A stretch of 64,000 nucleotides of DNA. Source: Candidatus Enterousia sp. (GTDB lineage Bacteria; Pseudomonadota; Alphaproteobacteria; Rs-D84). The translations under genes and the position numbers were made by a program. The notes below the pieces were generated by a model. That model was given only the letters and a program-made list of their open reading frames with translations, searched no databases and was not told the DNA's origin. This document shows positions 38,038 through 47,939 of this stretch, piece by piece; the stretch's first letter is position 1; each line of letters begins with the position of its first letter. The stretch spans positions 674 through 64,673 of the forward strand of contig JAZLAZ010000027.1 of the NCBI GenBank assembly GCA_045613445.1, written 5' to 3'.

Positions 38038-40155
38038 CTACATAGGTGGGAAACATTCCCCGGTACTTTCTGCACAACAGGCCCGTTCACCATCTGGGAA
38101 CAAAATAAATTCTTCACCTGTACAGCAACCATACATATCAGGCGGATTTCCATCAGAACATGTTTCTTCTTCGACAATCAGTTCATCGGTATATTCTGTA
38201 ACAATCTCAGGCTTATCCATTGTAACAACAGGATTTTGCACAACAGTTTCTGTTTCATATTCTGGTGATGCAACAAACATTTCATCAGAACGAGAAGCCG
38301 CACCATATGCAGGTTTTGAAGCCAAAACCTCATCTTCTGTTGGAACATATGGTTTTTCTTCAACTGGCGCTTCTGCCATTGGTCCAATCACAGGCCCCAA
38401 AGTCTCCAATTCTATAAACGGACTAACGATTTCTGGTGCATCATTTATCGGTTCTTTTTCAATAATAACAGGCTCTGTTTTTTGCTCTGTCACGGGTACA
38501 ATTTCTGCTTCCACAGCAGATTCAATCACTGGTTCTATAACTTCTACTACAACTGGTTCAATTTCTGGCACTATCACAGGTTCAACGGTCACAGATTCAA
38601 CCACAGCCGGTTCAACCACAACAGGTTCTACATCAACGACAGATTCAACCTCTGTAACAACGGGTTCTGTTTTAGCCCCCAACACAGGCATTGTATCATT
38701 CATAGACCGTTGATACACCCACAATGTAAAAACAGACAATATAATCAAAACACCCAACAAAACATAATATAACATTGTCGGTTTAACACGATTTACATCA
38801 TTTCCAACAGATGTCACAGCCATTGGTACTTCGTTTGTAATTGGTGACACAGGACGAAAATCCGATGAAACAGGCGCAGGCTCAATATCATCTGATGCAT
38901 ATTCAGGCGCAACCACAGGTTCCAGCACATCCTGAACAGGTTTCTGTTCCTGCATTACAACCGGTTCTGATTTTTTTTGCCAAACTTCATCTGTCTGAAC
39001 ATCAGCCATTGGAATCGGTGTAAACCCATCAAAAAGCGGTGTAGTTTCAATTTCTTCTTGAACATCGACATGTACATCATCTGGGCTAAAATCGGTTGGT
39101 GGCGTAAAAGACAATGGTTGAACAAATGTTTCTTGTTCAGATACCTCAACATCTGGCACATCCACAGGCTCAATCATCGGCACAACTGGGGCAGGGGTAC
39201 TTTCCTCAACCACAGGTGCAACAACAGGCACAACCGGTTCCGGCATCACTGCTGGTGCATTAAAATCAATTGGTTTGAACGCAATTTCTTCATCGATAAT
39301 ATCCGGATTAGTATCAAACAGCGGTTTAACTTCTTCGGCCATCGTTTCTGCCTTTGTTTCAATAATTTCAGTTTTTGTTTCTGTGATTTCTGCCGGCACA
39401 GGTGCAGATTTCGCAACAACAATTTCCGCCGGTGCAGGCACAACAGGCAAATTGATATTCAGCTTATCCAATATTGACTGTGCAACATCAATTTCATCTT
39501 GCGCAGCCGCCAGTCTGTTCTGAGCATTAGTTAAACGTTTTTTTGCCCGTTTCAGCTTATCATTCACAGAATCAATCTGGGACTCAATACGCAAAATCTT
39601 GGCAGCAGACTGTTTTGTAGGTTCTTTACCAATCGCACGCTTCGCATCTGTCAGCTTTTGACGCAAAGTCTTTATACGATTTTGCAATTCGATAATTTTT
39701 TCATTTGTCTTGTCAATCGTTTCACGACTGCGACTGACAGTAAGTTCCGCAGCCCCCAAGCGTTCAATCGCCGCGCGTTTAGCTGCGACATGACGAAATT
39801 CAACCAACGCATGCAACGGCTCATTTAACACATCATCTGATTCATATGCATGAATCAAGTCATCGTATTGTGCCAGTCCTGCATACTCAATATCCAGTTT
39901 TTGATATTTATTATCCTTCTTTGGGCGAACTGTTTCTAAATCGACACCATAGTCATTTTCCAGAATATCATCCCACTTGCGGTCCCCAACAGGATTTATA
40001 ACCAACAATACATTCGGTTTAATATCGTCAACCAAGAAATCTATGATGAACACCAATTTATTATCAGCGTCATAATACGCCCGAAAAGAATATCCTGCGA
40101 TACTATAATCGACTGATGTCAATGGTTGAAAAAATGTTTCTCTCTCGTTTGTCAT
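38038..40155 (-). CDS. Bitopic membrane protein, 705 aa: cytoplasmic N-domain plus coiled coil, one transmembrane helix, long Pro/Val/Glu-rich low-complexity periplasmic region, Cys-rich C-terminal knot
   Basis: Coiled-coil segment (IELQNRIKTLRQKLTDAKRAI..), transmembrane helix LYYVLLGVLIILSVFTLWVY, EPVVV-type repeats, C-terminal CSDGNPPDMYGCCTGEEFILFPDGERACCAESTGEC. Its start is 16 nt downstream of the gcrA stop. Confidence 0.75.
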   Translation of the reverse strand: MTNERETFFQPLTSVDYSIAGYSFRAYYDADNKLVFIIDFLVDDIKPNVLLVINPVGDRKWDDILENDYGVDLETVRPKKDNKYQKLDIEYAGLAQYDDLIHAYESDDVLNEPLHALVEFRHVAAKRAAIERLGAAELTVSRSRETIDKTNEKIIELQNRIKTLRQKLTDAKRAIGKEPTKQSAAKILRIESQIDSVNDKLKRAKKRLTNAQNRLAAAQDEIDVAQSILDKLNINLPVVPAPAEIVVAKSAPVPAEITETKTEIIETKAETMAEEVKPLFDTNPDIIDEEIAFKPIDFNAPAVMPEPVVPVVAPVVEESTPAPVVPMIEPVDVPDVEVSEQETFVQPLSFTPPTDFSPDDVHVDVQEEIETTPLFDGFTPIPMADVQTDEVWQKKSEPVVMQEQKPVQDVLEPVVAPEYASDDIEPAPVSSDFRPVSPITNEVPMAVTSVGNDVNRVKPTMLYYVLLGVLIILSVFTLWVYQRSMNDTMPVLGAKTEPVVTEVESVVDVEPVVVEPAVVESVTVEPVIVPEIEPVVVEVIEPVIESAVEAEIVPVTEQKTEPVIIEKEPINDAPEIVSPFIELETLGPVIGPMAEAPVEEKPYVPTEDEVLASKPAYGAASRSDEMFVASPEYETETVVQNPVVTMDKPEIVTEYTDELIVEEETCSDGNPPDMYGCCTGEEFILFPDGERACCAESTGECFPPM

Positions 40156-40170
40156 TTACAAACCCCTGTC

Positions 40171-40776
40171 TTATTTCTTTTTTGGTGGTGCAAATTGATA
40201 TGCCTGCTTGCAGTGTTCATAACAATAAGGCTTTCCCACAAAAACCGTTTCCCCACAGAAATGAAAATGTTCAGAATCAGGATCCCCGATTGGCCAACGA
40301 CACTGATTAGGCTTCAAGTTAGCCATTTCTAGTGAATGTTGAATAATACGCTGATGAACAGCCAAACTCTTGGCATCATTTCTAACAGCAGTCACTGTTT
40401 TTTTTGTATTTTCTTTTGGTTCTTCAACTTTTTTAGTCGCTGTCGTTTTTTTAACAGTACTTTTTTCTGTCACTTTTTCTACAGGTTTCACCGCCGCTTT
40501 CTTCGTGACAGATTTTACAGTCGTTTTCTTTTCAGCTGTTGCAGATTTTGCAGTCTTCGCTGTACTGGCCACTTTTTTTACGATTCCAGTCTTTTTTTCT
40601 GGGATTTCGACAGTTGATGCACCACCCGCCTTGGCATTCCAACCAAGTCTGTTTAATTTACCCACAATTGCATTTTTTGACATCCCCAGTCTTTTACCAA
40701 TTTCAGATGTAGACAGTCCTTTGCCAGTCAATGCTTTTAACTTTTTTAATGTTGCGTTATCCCAACCTTTGCTCAT
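40171..40776 (-). CDS. gcrA: Cell-cycle transcriptional regulator GcrA
   Basis: N-terminal GcrA DNA-binding signature W..ATLKKLKALTGKGLSTSEIGKRLGMSKNAIVGKLNRLG. C-terminal CRWPIGDPDSEHFHFCGE...GKPYCYEHC..AYQ. Lys/Ala/Thr-rich linker. Confidence 0.88.
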   Translation of the reverse strand: MSKGWDNATLKKLKALTGKGLSTSEIGKRLGMSKNAIVGKLNRLGWNAKAGGASTVEIPEKKTGIVKKVASTAKTAKSATAEKKTTVKSVTKKAAVKPVEKVTEKSTVKKTTATKKVEEPKENTKKTVTAVRNDAKSLAVHQRIIQHSLEMANLKPNQCRWPIGDPDSEHFHFCGETVFVGKPYCYEHCKQAYQFAPPKKK

Positions 40777-40849
40777 TTTACAAAACCCTTAGATTACATT
40801 ATAATATAATTGTAACATAATTCCGATTCGAAACGCAAGGGAGAAAAAT

Positions 40850-41308
40850 ATGATTTCTTATATCTTTTTCATTATTTTACTAGCTTTTGCGGCATTTTTG
40901 TCTATTAAAATATCAATTGCTGACCTGCGTCGCAGAATCATACCAGACGCATACTTATTTCCATTGATGCTGATTGGGTTGACTTTGATATCATTTTATT
41001 CTTTTCCAACAAACATTCAAACAGCAACTATTGGCGCTATATTTGGCTATACAATGGCGGCCATTATCGGAATCATATTTGAAAAAACAAAGAAATCTAA
41101 CGATGCACCGATTGGCATGGGCGACCTAAAATTATTAGGGGTAGGCGGGATATGGCTGGGCACAAATGGACTGGCAATTGCACTGATCATCGCATGCATT
41201 TCCGGCATGATATGGTCAAGACAAAAACAACAAAAATATATCCCTTTTGCACCATTCTTTATATTTGGGGGATTTTTATCTTTTATTATAAATCTGTTTT
41301 TGTTATAA
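40850..41308 (+). CDS. A24-family prepilin peptidase (CpaA/TadV-like), orphan: no pilus-assembly genes nearby
   Basis: 152-aa polytopic ORF with the two Asp motifs (ISIADLRRRIIPD and GMGDLKLLG) characteristic of Flp prepilin peptidases. Confidence 0.7.
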   Translation: MISYIFFIILLAFAAFLSIKISIADLRRRIIPDAYLFPLMLIGLTLISFYSFPTNIQTATIGAIFGYTMAAIIGIIFEKTKKSNDAPIGMGDLKLLGVGGIWLGTNGLAIALIIACISGMIWSRQKQQKYIPFAPFFIFGGFLSFIINLFLL

Positions 41309-41330
41309 TCAATCAAACAGGGAACCGGAA

Positions 41331-43511
41331 GTGAGAAACAGTTTCAATAAATTTCTTTGTATTTTCATTGGATTATCTGCGCTTTGTGCAGTTGCACATG
41401 CAGTAACGCCATTTTCAAAATATGGCGTGATTCAGAATGTTCAGAATTATTCTACGAACCCGTTTTGGAATCCAAATTCACCATATCATAATACAAATAT
41501 GCCACAACCGGTATATGCCACTGGTCCAGATGTAAACACAGATGAATGTCAACGCATCGTAACCAGTTTGGTCACAGTTCAATGTATGAACATGAACAAC
41601 TGTATTGATGCACAAATCAGCGATATACGACCTGCAATTATGTTGCAGTTATCGCGCATGACTGGTGGCAATTATGCAACTGCATGCGGTGGCTATTTAG
41701 ACGGTGCGTTTAATGATTATGTTGCACAATACGCAAATGCTGCGCCACATGGTGCTGCAACAGCATTTCCAAATGCAGTCATGCCAAATCCAAACGCATC
41801 TGGCACAGCAATCCAAATTCCAAATCCATTGGCACCCCAAGCACCTGATTGGGCAACCGACATGATGGAACGCAAACAGGAATTACAAGAATTACAATCA
41901 TTAAACGGTGCTGGCAATTCTGGTGTATATGCTGCAAATTTTCCAACCACATATGCCGATTTATCTTTTTCAGAACGCATGGAAAACGCCCAGGCTGGAT
42001 ATGAACCATATAAAGACACCAAGGTGTTTCATGAAATAAAAATTGAAGACGAAAAAACATATCTCAATCGCATAAATCGACCAGCAACCACAACAACAAA
42101 TAATTCCGCAACAACAAATAATTCTACAACAACAAACAACGCCCAACCATCACCGGTTGACACGGGTAGCAATACACCAGCAACACCGGCAGAAACCAAC
42201 ACTCCCGCATTGATAACCGAAGATATTCCTGACGAATTCGAAGCCTTACTGCCATGGTATGGCATTTTAATTGTAAAAGCAGGCAGTCTTGACAGATATG
42301 CCAGCCTTGATTTACCAATTGTATCGACAGAATATATGAAATCGCATCGCGATGAATTTTTTCCCGCAAATTCAGACAGGGCACTTGGACTCAGACGTGG
42401 CTGTACACACTCTAATCATACCGCGCACGACAAAGATGTTATCAATCGTGCTGCGCATAAAACAATGGGCGAACAAGACAGTTTTTGGTCAGGCAGTGAT
42501 TTTTATGTATATGATGGCCAAGATGTATATTGGGGATGGGCAACAATTGTTGGCGAAGTTGTATTGGCATTGCTAACCATGGGGATTAGTGCCGAGGCCA
42601 GCGCCGCAGCAGCTGCAGGACAGGCCGCATCTGCAGGACAGGCCGCAGTCGCTGGTGCACAAACAGCACATGGTGCTGTTGCTGCTGCAAGGGGGGTACG
42701 TATATCATCAAATGCATTAAAAATATTCGAATCATCCAGTTCTGCAATCAAGGCTGTAAAACTGACAAAAAATGGAAGCAAAATAGATGACGCTATCAGA
42801 TTGGCCAAAGCTGCAAAAAGCGGCCAAGATACTGCTGCGATAAAGTCGCGTGCCGATGCAGTAAAAGCATTGGCGGACGCTGGCATTACCGTAAAAAAAG
42901 GTCCAAACGCAAATACATTGAAAGCTATTGGTAGAGCATTAGCAACAGCAAAATCTACCGTCAAACCACTAACATGGACATCATCACTGTACAGACCATG
43001 GCGCTTGGTTGCAGCTGGGGTAAAAAACATAAAACCAACAACATCTAAATATCTGGGACGTGGTGCAACATGGGCAACCCGTTTCAAAACGCTGGGGGTT
43101 GTTGGTGGTGCGGTTGGACTAAACTATTTCGGACGTGAACTTCTAAAAGGATTTGGTTACAGTTCTGCTGTGTTACAAGATCCGACAACTGGTGATGTTG
43201 GATTTAACAGTTTTGGATTATTATCCGACGACAATGTCGAAGGACGCGAAAATGTCATATCACATGGCACATGGGTACAATTCGATGCCGTGGGCGGTGC
43301 CAACGAAGACGATGCATTGAACGAGGCAATGCGATTTGCTGAAGAATTGACCAAAGACATCAATTCTATCAATGCATCCGATCCATTATGCGATGTTGAT
43401 ATCTATGTTGTACAACCAGCAATCAGTAACCCAGAAAAAATACCTGGCGCCAGATCAATATATTATATATTGATGAATGACGACATGAAATTAAAAGTTC
43501 GTACAAAATAA
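41331..43511 (+). CDS. Secreted hypothetical protein, 726 aa, tandem paralog 1
   Basis: GTG start with an AGGGAA RBS. Signal peptide MRNSFNKFLCIFIGLSALCAVAHA, Thr/Asn-rich linker, internal hydrophobic segment WATIVGEVVLALLTMGISA, Ala/Lys-rich region. C-terminal domain ..PLCDVDIYVVQPAISNP...YYILMND.. is shared with 43512..45185. Confidence 0.75.
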   Translation: MRNSFNKFLCIFIGLSALCAVAHAVTPFSKYGVIQNVQNYSTNPFWNPNSPYHNTNMPQPVYATGPDVNTDECQRIVTSLVTVQCMNMNNCIDAQISDIRPAIMLQLSRMTGGNYATACGGYLDGAFNDYVAQYANAAPHGAATAFPNAVMPNPNASGTAIQIPNPLAPQAPDWATDMMERKQELQELQSLNGAGNSGVYAANFPTTYADLSFSERMENAQAGYEPYKDTKVFHEIKIEDEKTYLNRINRPATTTTNNSATTNNSTTTNNAQPSPVDTGSNTPATPAETNTPALITEDIPDEFEALLPWYGILIVKAGSLDRYASLDLPIVSTEYMKSHRDEFFPANSDRALGLRRGCTHSNHTAHDKDVINRAAHKTMGEQDSFWSGSDFYVYDGQDVYWGWATIVGEVVLALLTMGISAEASAAAAAGQAASAGQAAVAGAQTAHGAVAAARGVRISSNALKIFESSSSAIKAVKLTKNGSKIDDAIRLAKAAKSGQDTAAIKSRADAVKALADAGITVKKGPNANTLKAIGRALATAKSTVKPLTWTSSLYRPWRLVAAGVKNIKPTTSKYLGRGATWATRFKTLGVVGGAVGLNYFGRELLKGFGYSSAVLQDPTTGDVGFNSFGLLSDDNVEGRENVISHGTWVQFDAVGGANEDDALNEAMRFAEELTKDINSINASDPLCDVDIYVVQPAISNPEKIPGARSIYYILMNDDMKLKVRTK

Positions 43512-45185
43512 ATGATATCACGAATCGTTTGTCTTTTTATCTCAATATGTTTACTGCCATCATTATCGCATGCGGTTCAGATCGAAACACCATGTGCAAC
43601 GCAAATTTACGCATCAAAACTGGCACAAACTGTAAGTACAATTGACGAATCCGATGACGAAGAAGTTATCAAACAATGGATTTATTCTATATTTACAAAC
43701 AAAGATACTGTATCCGATATCTTAAAATGTCCAGAATTAAATATCTCTGATAACGCTACGATAAAATTTACCCCCATAAAATATGTATTTCCAATGGGGC
43801 GCGAAGTCGTCATAAATTATGAAACCCAACCAAAAATATTAAAACAACGATTGGCACTGGCAGACAAGCGCGACTTGCCACCTTATGACGCAAACCCACG
43901 CATCGGCGAAATGGGGGATGGAACAATATGGACAAATACAGATCCTGCATGGTATGCAATAATGGTTGTTGAATCTGGTGCATTAAACAATTTTGTTGGT
44001 GAACATAAAAACAACACCATATCAGTTCAATATATACATGATAATATTGACGCCCTGTACCCAAAAAATCGTGGTTGTACAACAAAACACGCACTGGCCC
44101 GTGATTCCAAACCAATCAATCGTGCTGTAAAACAGGCTGTTGATATTGAAAATGATTCAAATGACTATTATGTGGCAGGTGATGCAAATCTGGCATGGAT
44201 TGGATATGCAGAAATCGCAATGGATGTTGCAATAACTGTTGCAACCATGGGCGGTGGCGTATTGATATCAGGCGCCACAAAATCTGCCCGTGCATCACGC
44301 GCATTAAAGGGCATGGCCACATCACTGAAACAATTACGCAATCTGGATTCTGTTCGTGATTACATAAAATATACATCACGCGCAGCACAACTGACAGATG
44401 AAATAAAAAAGTTAGACAAAGTTACCGATGCTGCAAAAATCGCAGAAAAAACAGCCGAACTTGATAAATTAAAAGATGCTATCAAGGGTTTAGAATCAAT
44501 CGATGATGTAAAAAAATATAAGCAGACATCCGAAACCTTTTCAGATTTGAATAAATATCGCAGAACTTTGAACGGAATCAAAGCGTTAAAACAGGCACAG
44601 CGTGGAAATATAATCGCACGCGGCGTCAAGGTTGCAAAAAGTGCAAACGCCGCCATGTCAGGCAATAAATTGATTGCAAAAGGTGCAAAACTAGGTCGCG
44701 CCAGCAAAGTGTCAACCCGTGTAAACGATTGGCTGTTTCATTCAACATTGAAAAACATTGGCATGCTGGGAAAAATGGAAACATTTGGTGGTGCAATTTA
44801 CGGTGGCATACAATTTATTGGTGGCATGATGTATGACTTTACAGAAACCAGCACAGGCGAATTTACAAACGATATTCAATTTCAACCTTTGTTATTATTA
44901 TCCGCAGACGATTTGCAAGGCGGTCAAGCCGATAAAATAAATTATGGAATGTGGTTGATGTGGTCTGGGGATTCGACCAATCCCGCCGATGATGACGCAG
45001 CATATTTGCAAGCAATGGACTTTGCTGCAAAATTCCACGAAGATTTAATGGATGTTCAAAATAACACAAACCGTCCATGTAATGTTGATATATATGTTGC
45101 AAAGCCTATCATACGCAACCCAGGTTCGGCCAATCCAGAATTATACTATCTGATTATGAACGATACGCCATGGACAACAAAATAA
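43512..45185 (+). CDS. Secreted hypothetical protein, 557 aa, tandem paralog 2
   Basis: Starts 1 nt after the stop of the previous gene. Signal peptide MISRIVCLFISICLLPSLSHA. Shares RGCT..H....INRA...hydrophobic segment, Lys/Ala-rich region and the C-terminal RPCNVDIYVAKPIIRNP..LYYLIMND with 41331..43511. Confidence 0.75.
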   Translation: MISRIVCLFISICLLPSLSHAVQIETPCATQIYASKLAQTVSTIDESDDEEVIKQWIYSIFTNKDTVSDILKCPELNISDNATIKFTPIKYVFPMGREVVINYETQPKILKQRLALADKRDLPPYDANPRIGEMGDGTIWTNTDPAWYAIMVVESGALNNFVGEHKNNTISVQYIHDNIDALYPKNRGCTTKHALARDSKPINRAVKQAVDIENDSNDYYVAGDANLAWIGYAEIAMDVAITVATMGGGVLISGATKSARASRALKGMATSLKQLRNLDSVRDYIKYTSRAAQLTDEIKKLDKVTDAAKIAEKTAELDKLKDAIKGLESIDDVKKYKQTSETFSDLNKYRRTLNGIKALKQAQRGNIIARGVKVAKSANAAMSGNKLIAKGAKLGRASKVSTRVNDWLFHSTLKNIGMLGKMETFGGAIYGGIQFIGGMMYDFTETSTGEFTNDIQFQPLLLLSADDLQGGQADKINYGMWLMWSGDSTNPADDDAAYLQAMDFAAKFHEDLMDVQNNTNRPCNVDIYVAKPIIRNPGSANPELYYLIMNDTPWTTK

Positions 45186-45258
45186 TTCAAATAGATTCCC
45201 ATTGTATTTTTTATAATTTTTAACTATAATGAATATGAGAAAGGCAAGGGGTTAAAAC

Positions 45259-45576
45259 ATGAAAAAGATTTTAGCGTCTACAATTGCTGTAATAATGACA
45301 ATTGCATCTGCAAATGCATATCAGGTTTTATCATCCAAAGAACTGGGTAAAAACGATGCAAAGAATCAAAATATTGTTGTAAAATGCACAACTGATGCGG
45401 GTCGCATATCGAATCAAACATGTTCTTTACGCAGATACGCAAAATGTACCGGCACCGGGAATAACAAGCGTTGCAGCGGCTGGCAACCATGGCGTGATTT
45501 GCGTAATCCATCCACAGCACACAGCAGTTGGCAATCTGCCGCATCTGCATGTTGTCGTGCAAAAGGCTTAAGATAA
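45259..45576 (+). CDS. Small secreted Cys-rich protein, 105 aa
   Basis: Signal peptide MKKILASTIAVIMTIASANA. Eight Cys in the mature part. Confidence 0.6.
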   Translation: MKKILASTIAVIMTIASANAYQVLSSKELGKNDAKNQNIVVKCTTDAGRISNQTCSLRRYAKCTGTGNNKRCSGWQPWRDLRNPSTAHSSWQSAASACCRAKGLR

Positions 45577-45607
45577 TAAAAAAACACCCACTTGGGTGTT
45601 TTTTATT
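45577..45607. terminator. Bidirectional terminator hairpin (AAAAAAACACCCACTTGGGTGTTTTTTATT)
   Basis: Sits between convergent gene ends at 45576 and 45617. Confidence 0.65.
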
Positions 45608-45616
45608 AAATCTTTT

Positions 45617-45874
45617 TTATTCAATCCACATCAATGCACGACCTTCAACAGGCTGAACTTTTTCTGGTTTACCCAATGGTACACTATCAAATCTGTTATC
45701 GTTACCAGCAGCCACAGAACGCGCATCCGTACCAACCGGCAAGCGTTCAACATTTACCGTACCCTTGGTTAAATTGCTAGCATTGCTGACATACGACACA
45801 GTTGGCACACTGCCGACCTGTGCAAATGCGCAAAAACAAAACATGCAGAAAAACACCATTGATACAAAACGCAT
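45617..45874 (-). CDS. Small secreted protein, 85 aa
   Basis: ATG at 45874 with a strong AAGGAG RBS at 8-nt spacing. Signal peptide MRFVSMVFFCMFCFCAFAQ. The ORF track's earlier start lacks an RBS. Confidence 0.6.
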   Translation of the reverse strand: MRFVSMVFFCMFCFCAFAQVGSVPTVSYVSNASNLTKGTVNVERLPVGTDARSVAAGNDNRFDSVPLGKPEKVQPVEGRALMWIE

Positions 45875-45940
45875 ATTCTTTCTCCTTGAACTTATGTTCA
45901 TAATCATAACATATTTTGCTACCCAAATCCAACATTTTTT

Positions 45941-47068
45941 TTATTTCAATACATCTGCCGCAATCAAAGCTGCCGCCCCCCCATCTGGTTTACGCCACAA
46001 ATCATCTGCACCTGCCAATGCTTCTACCATTTTTTTGCGCTTTGACGGTATTATTACCTGTTGTACTGCTTCCAAAACACATTCTGCATTTGCATCCCCG
46101 CCCAAACATTCTGGATATACACCACAATTTAACAAAATATTTACCAGTGACACCCACTTTACTTGAATCAATTTGCGCCCAATCCAAGTCGTTATCGGAT
46201 TCATTTTATACACAACAACAGTTGGAATATGCAACATTGCCAGTTCCGCTGACACGGTGCCACTGGCTGCAATCGCGATATATGTTTTGGCATATACATT
46301 ATATCTATCAGACGAACTAATCAACTGTGGTTTAACAGGCCATTTTTTCACTACCTGTCTGATATAATCATCAGTCGTTTCAACTGTTGGTATCACGAAT
46401 TGATATTTACTGTAGCCATTACGCACCAACATGTCCACAACATCACGCATCAACGGCAACAATCGTTTAACCTCACTAATTCTGCTGCCTGGAATAAGAG
46501 TAATAATTTTATCTGCATTTTCTGTTTTATACTTACCAATCAAACCATCTGCAATCGGATGCCCAACCGCAACTGTATCCAAACCATACTTGGTAAAATA
46601 GGGCACTTCAAAATCAAAAAAAGCATACAACTTATCAAAAAGTTTTGCATATTTTTTTGCACGCCCAGATCGCCATGCCCAAACCTGAGGCGCAACAACA
46701 TGATGGAACTTTAATCCATTTTTAATCAACGCCTTGCCTGCATCACTGTTACGCACTTGTTTGATTACGCTTCTTGCAAACCCAGGAGAATCGATAGTTA
46801 GAACAACATCTGGCTGACATTCTAATATTGCATCCACCGTCTGTTTAATACGACGGGTCAATGTTTTTGCATGCATTAAAACTTCTATGATTCCCATAAC
46901 AGATAAATCACCCATCGGGAACAATGATTTTAGCCCTGCGCGTTGCATATTTTCACCACCAATACCGACGAATTCAGCCGATTTAGCATGTGACATAATA
47001 TGCCCGCCTAAAACATCACCAGAAACTTCACCAGCAATTATAAAGATGCGTTTTTTCTTATTCTGCAT
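45941..47068 (-). CDS. lpxB: Lipid-A-disaccharide synthase
   Basis: Conserved N-terminus KKRIFIIAGEVSGDVLGGHIM and the GT19 family body. Start chosen at MQNKKKRIF; the ORF track start at 47131 is the alternative. Confidence 0.85.
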   Translation of the reverse strand: MQNKKKRIFIIAGEVSGDVLGGHIMSHAKSAEFVGIGGENMQRAGLKSLFPMGDLSVMGIIEVLMHAKTLTRRIKQTVDAILECQPDVVLTIDSPGFARSVIKQVRNSDAGKALIKNGLKFHHVVAPQVWAWRSGRAKKYAKLFDKLYAFFDFEVPYFTKYGLDTVAVGHPIADGLIGKYKTENADKIITLIPGSRISEVKRLLPLMRDVVDMLVRNGYSKYQFVIPTVETTDDYIRQVVKKWPVKPQLISSSDRYNVYAKTYIAIAASGTVSAELAMLHIPTVVVYKMNPITTWIGRKLIQVKWVSLVNILLNCGVYPECLGGDANAECVLEAVQQVIIPSKRKKMVEALAGADDLWRKPDGGAAALIAADVLK

Positions 47069-47867
47069 TTTTGGCTGTACCAATTCCGCGTTTTGAACGA
47101 TTTTCAATAAAATCAATTGCATCCATTGCATACTTGTTGTTTTTTACTTCTTTGCGCACCTTGGCCAACCGTTCTGCAACAGTACCGTCATCTGCACGGA
47201 ACACAGCAGAATAAACAGCATGAATTGCATGCATATCTTCATTTGAAAAACCGTGACGCATCAAACCGACACGATTGATTGTACGATATACAGCACGCGC
47301 ACCATCATAAATTGCATATGGCAATACATCATTTCCAACCCCAGACATACCGCCAACAAATGCGTTACGCCCAATACGCGCAAATTGCAATACCATTGCA
47401 CCACCAGACAAAATTGCAAAATCTTCAACTTCTACATGTCCAGCAACCTGAACCAAATTAGACATAACAACACTGTTTCCAATTTTACAGTCATGTCCGA
47501 CATGCGCATTTACCATAATTTGACAATCATCACCAATTACCGTGCCATCAGATGCCGGCGTTCCAGAATGTATTGTAACATATTCGCGAATTTTGCATCT
47601 TTTACCGATACGCAATCCGGTCATCGTAGCTTCATCTTGCCATTTCAAATCCTGACTCATTACGCCCAGCACTGCGAAAGGATAGACAATTGAATCATCA
47701 CCAATCGATGTTTTACCATCAATAACAACATGTGAAATCAGTTCAACACGATCACCCAAAACGACATTTGGGCCAACAATACAATATGGACCAATTTTAC
47801 AATCTGCGCCCAATTTTGCACCTTCTTGAATAATTGCTGTTGGATGTATTTGCATAATAATTCTCAC
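47058..47867 (-). CDS. lpxA: Acyl-ACP--UDP-N-acetylglucosamine O-acyltransferase
   Basis: Left-handed beta-helix hexapeptide repeats. N-terminus IHPTAIIQEGAKLGADCKIGPYCIVGPNV. Confidence 0.9.
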   Translation of the reverse strand: MRIIMQIHPTAIIQEGAKLGADCKIGPYCIVGPNVVLGDRVELISHVVIDGKTSIGDDSIVYPFAVLGVMSQDLKWQDEATMTGLRIGKRCKIREYVTIHSGTPASDGTVIGDDCQIMVNAHVGHDCKIGNSVVMSNLVQVAGHVEVEDFAILSGGAMVLQFARIGRNAFVGGMSGVGNDVLPYAIYDGARAVYRTINRVGLMRHGFSNEDMHAIHAVYSAVFRADDGTVAERLAKVRKEVKNNKYAMDAIDFIENRSKRGIGTAKNAE

Positions 47868-47939
47868 TTTTACTATATATTAAACATGCTGAATAATATA
47901 CTATTGTGGCAAGAATTTGTATTCAATAAATATAACAAA

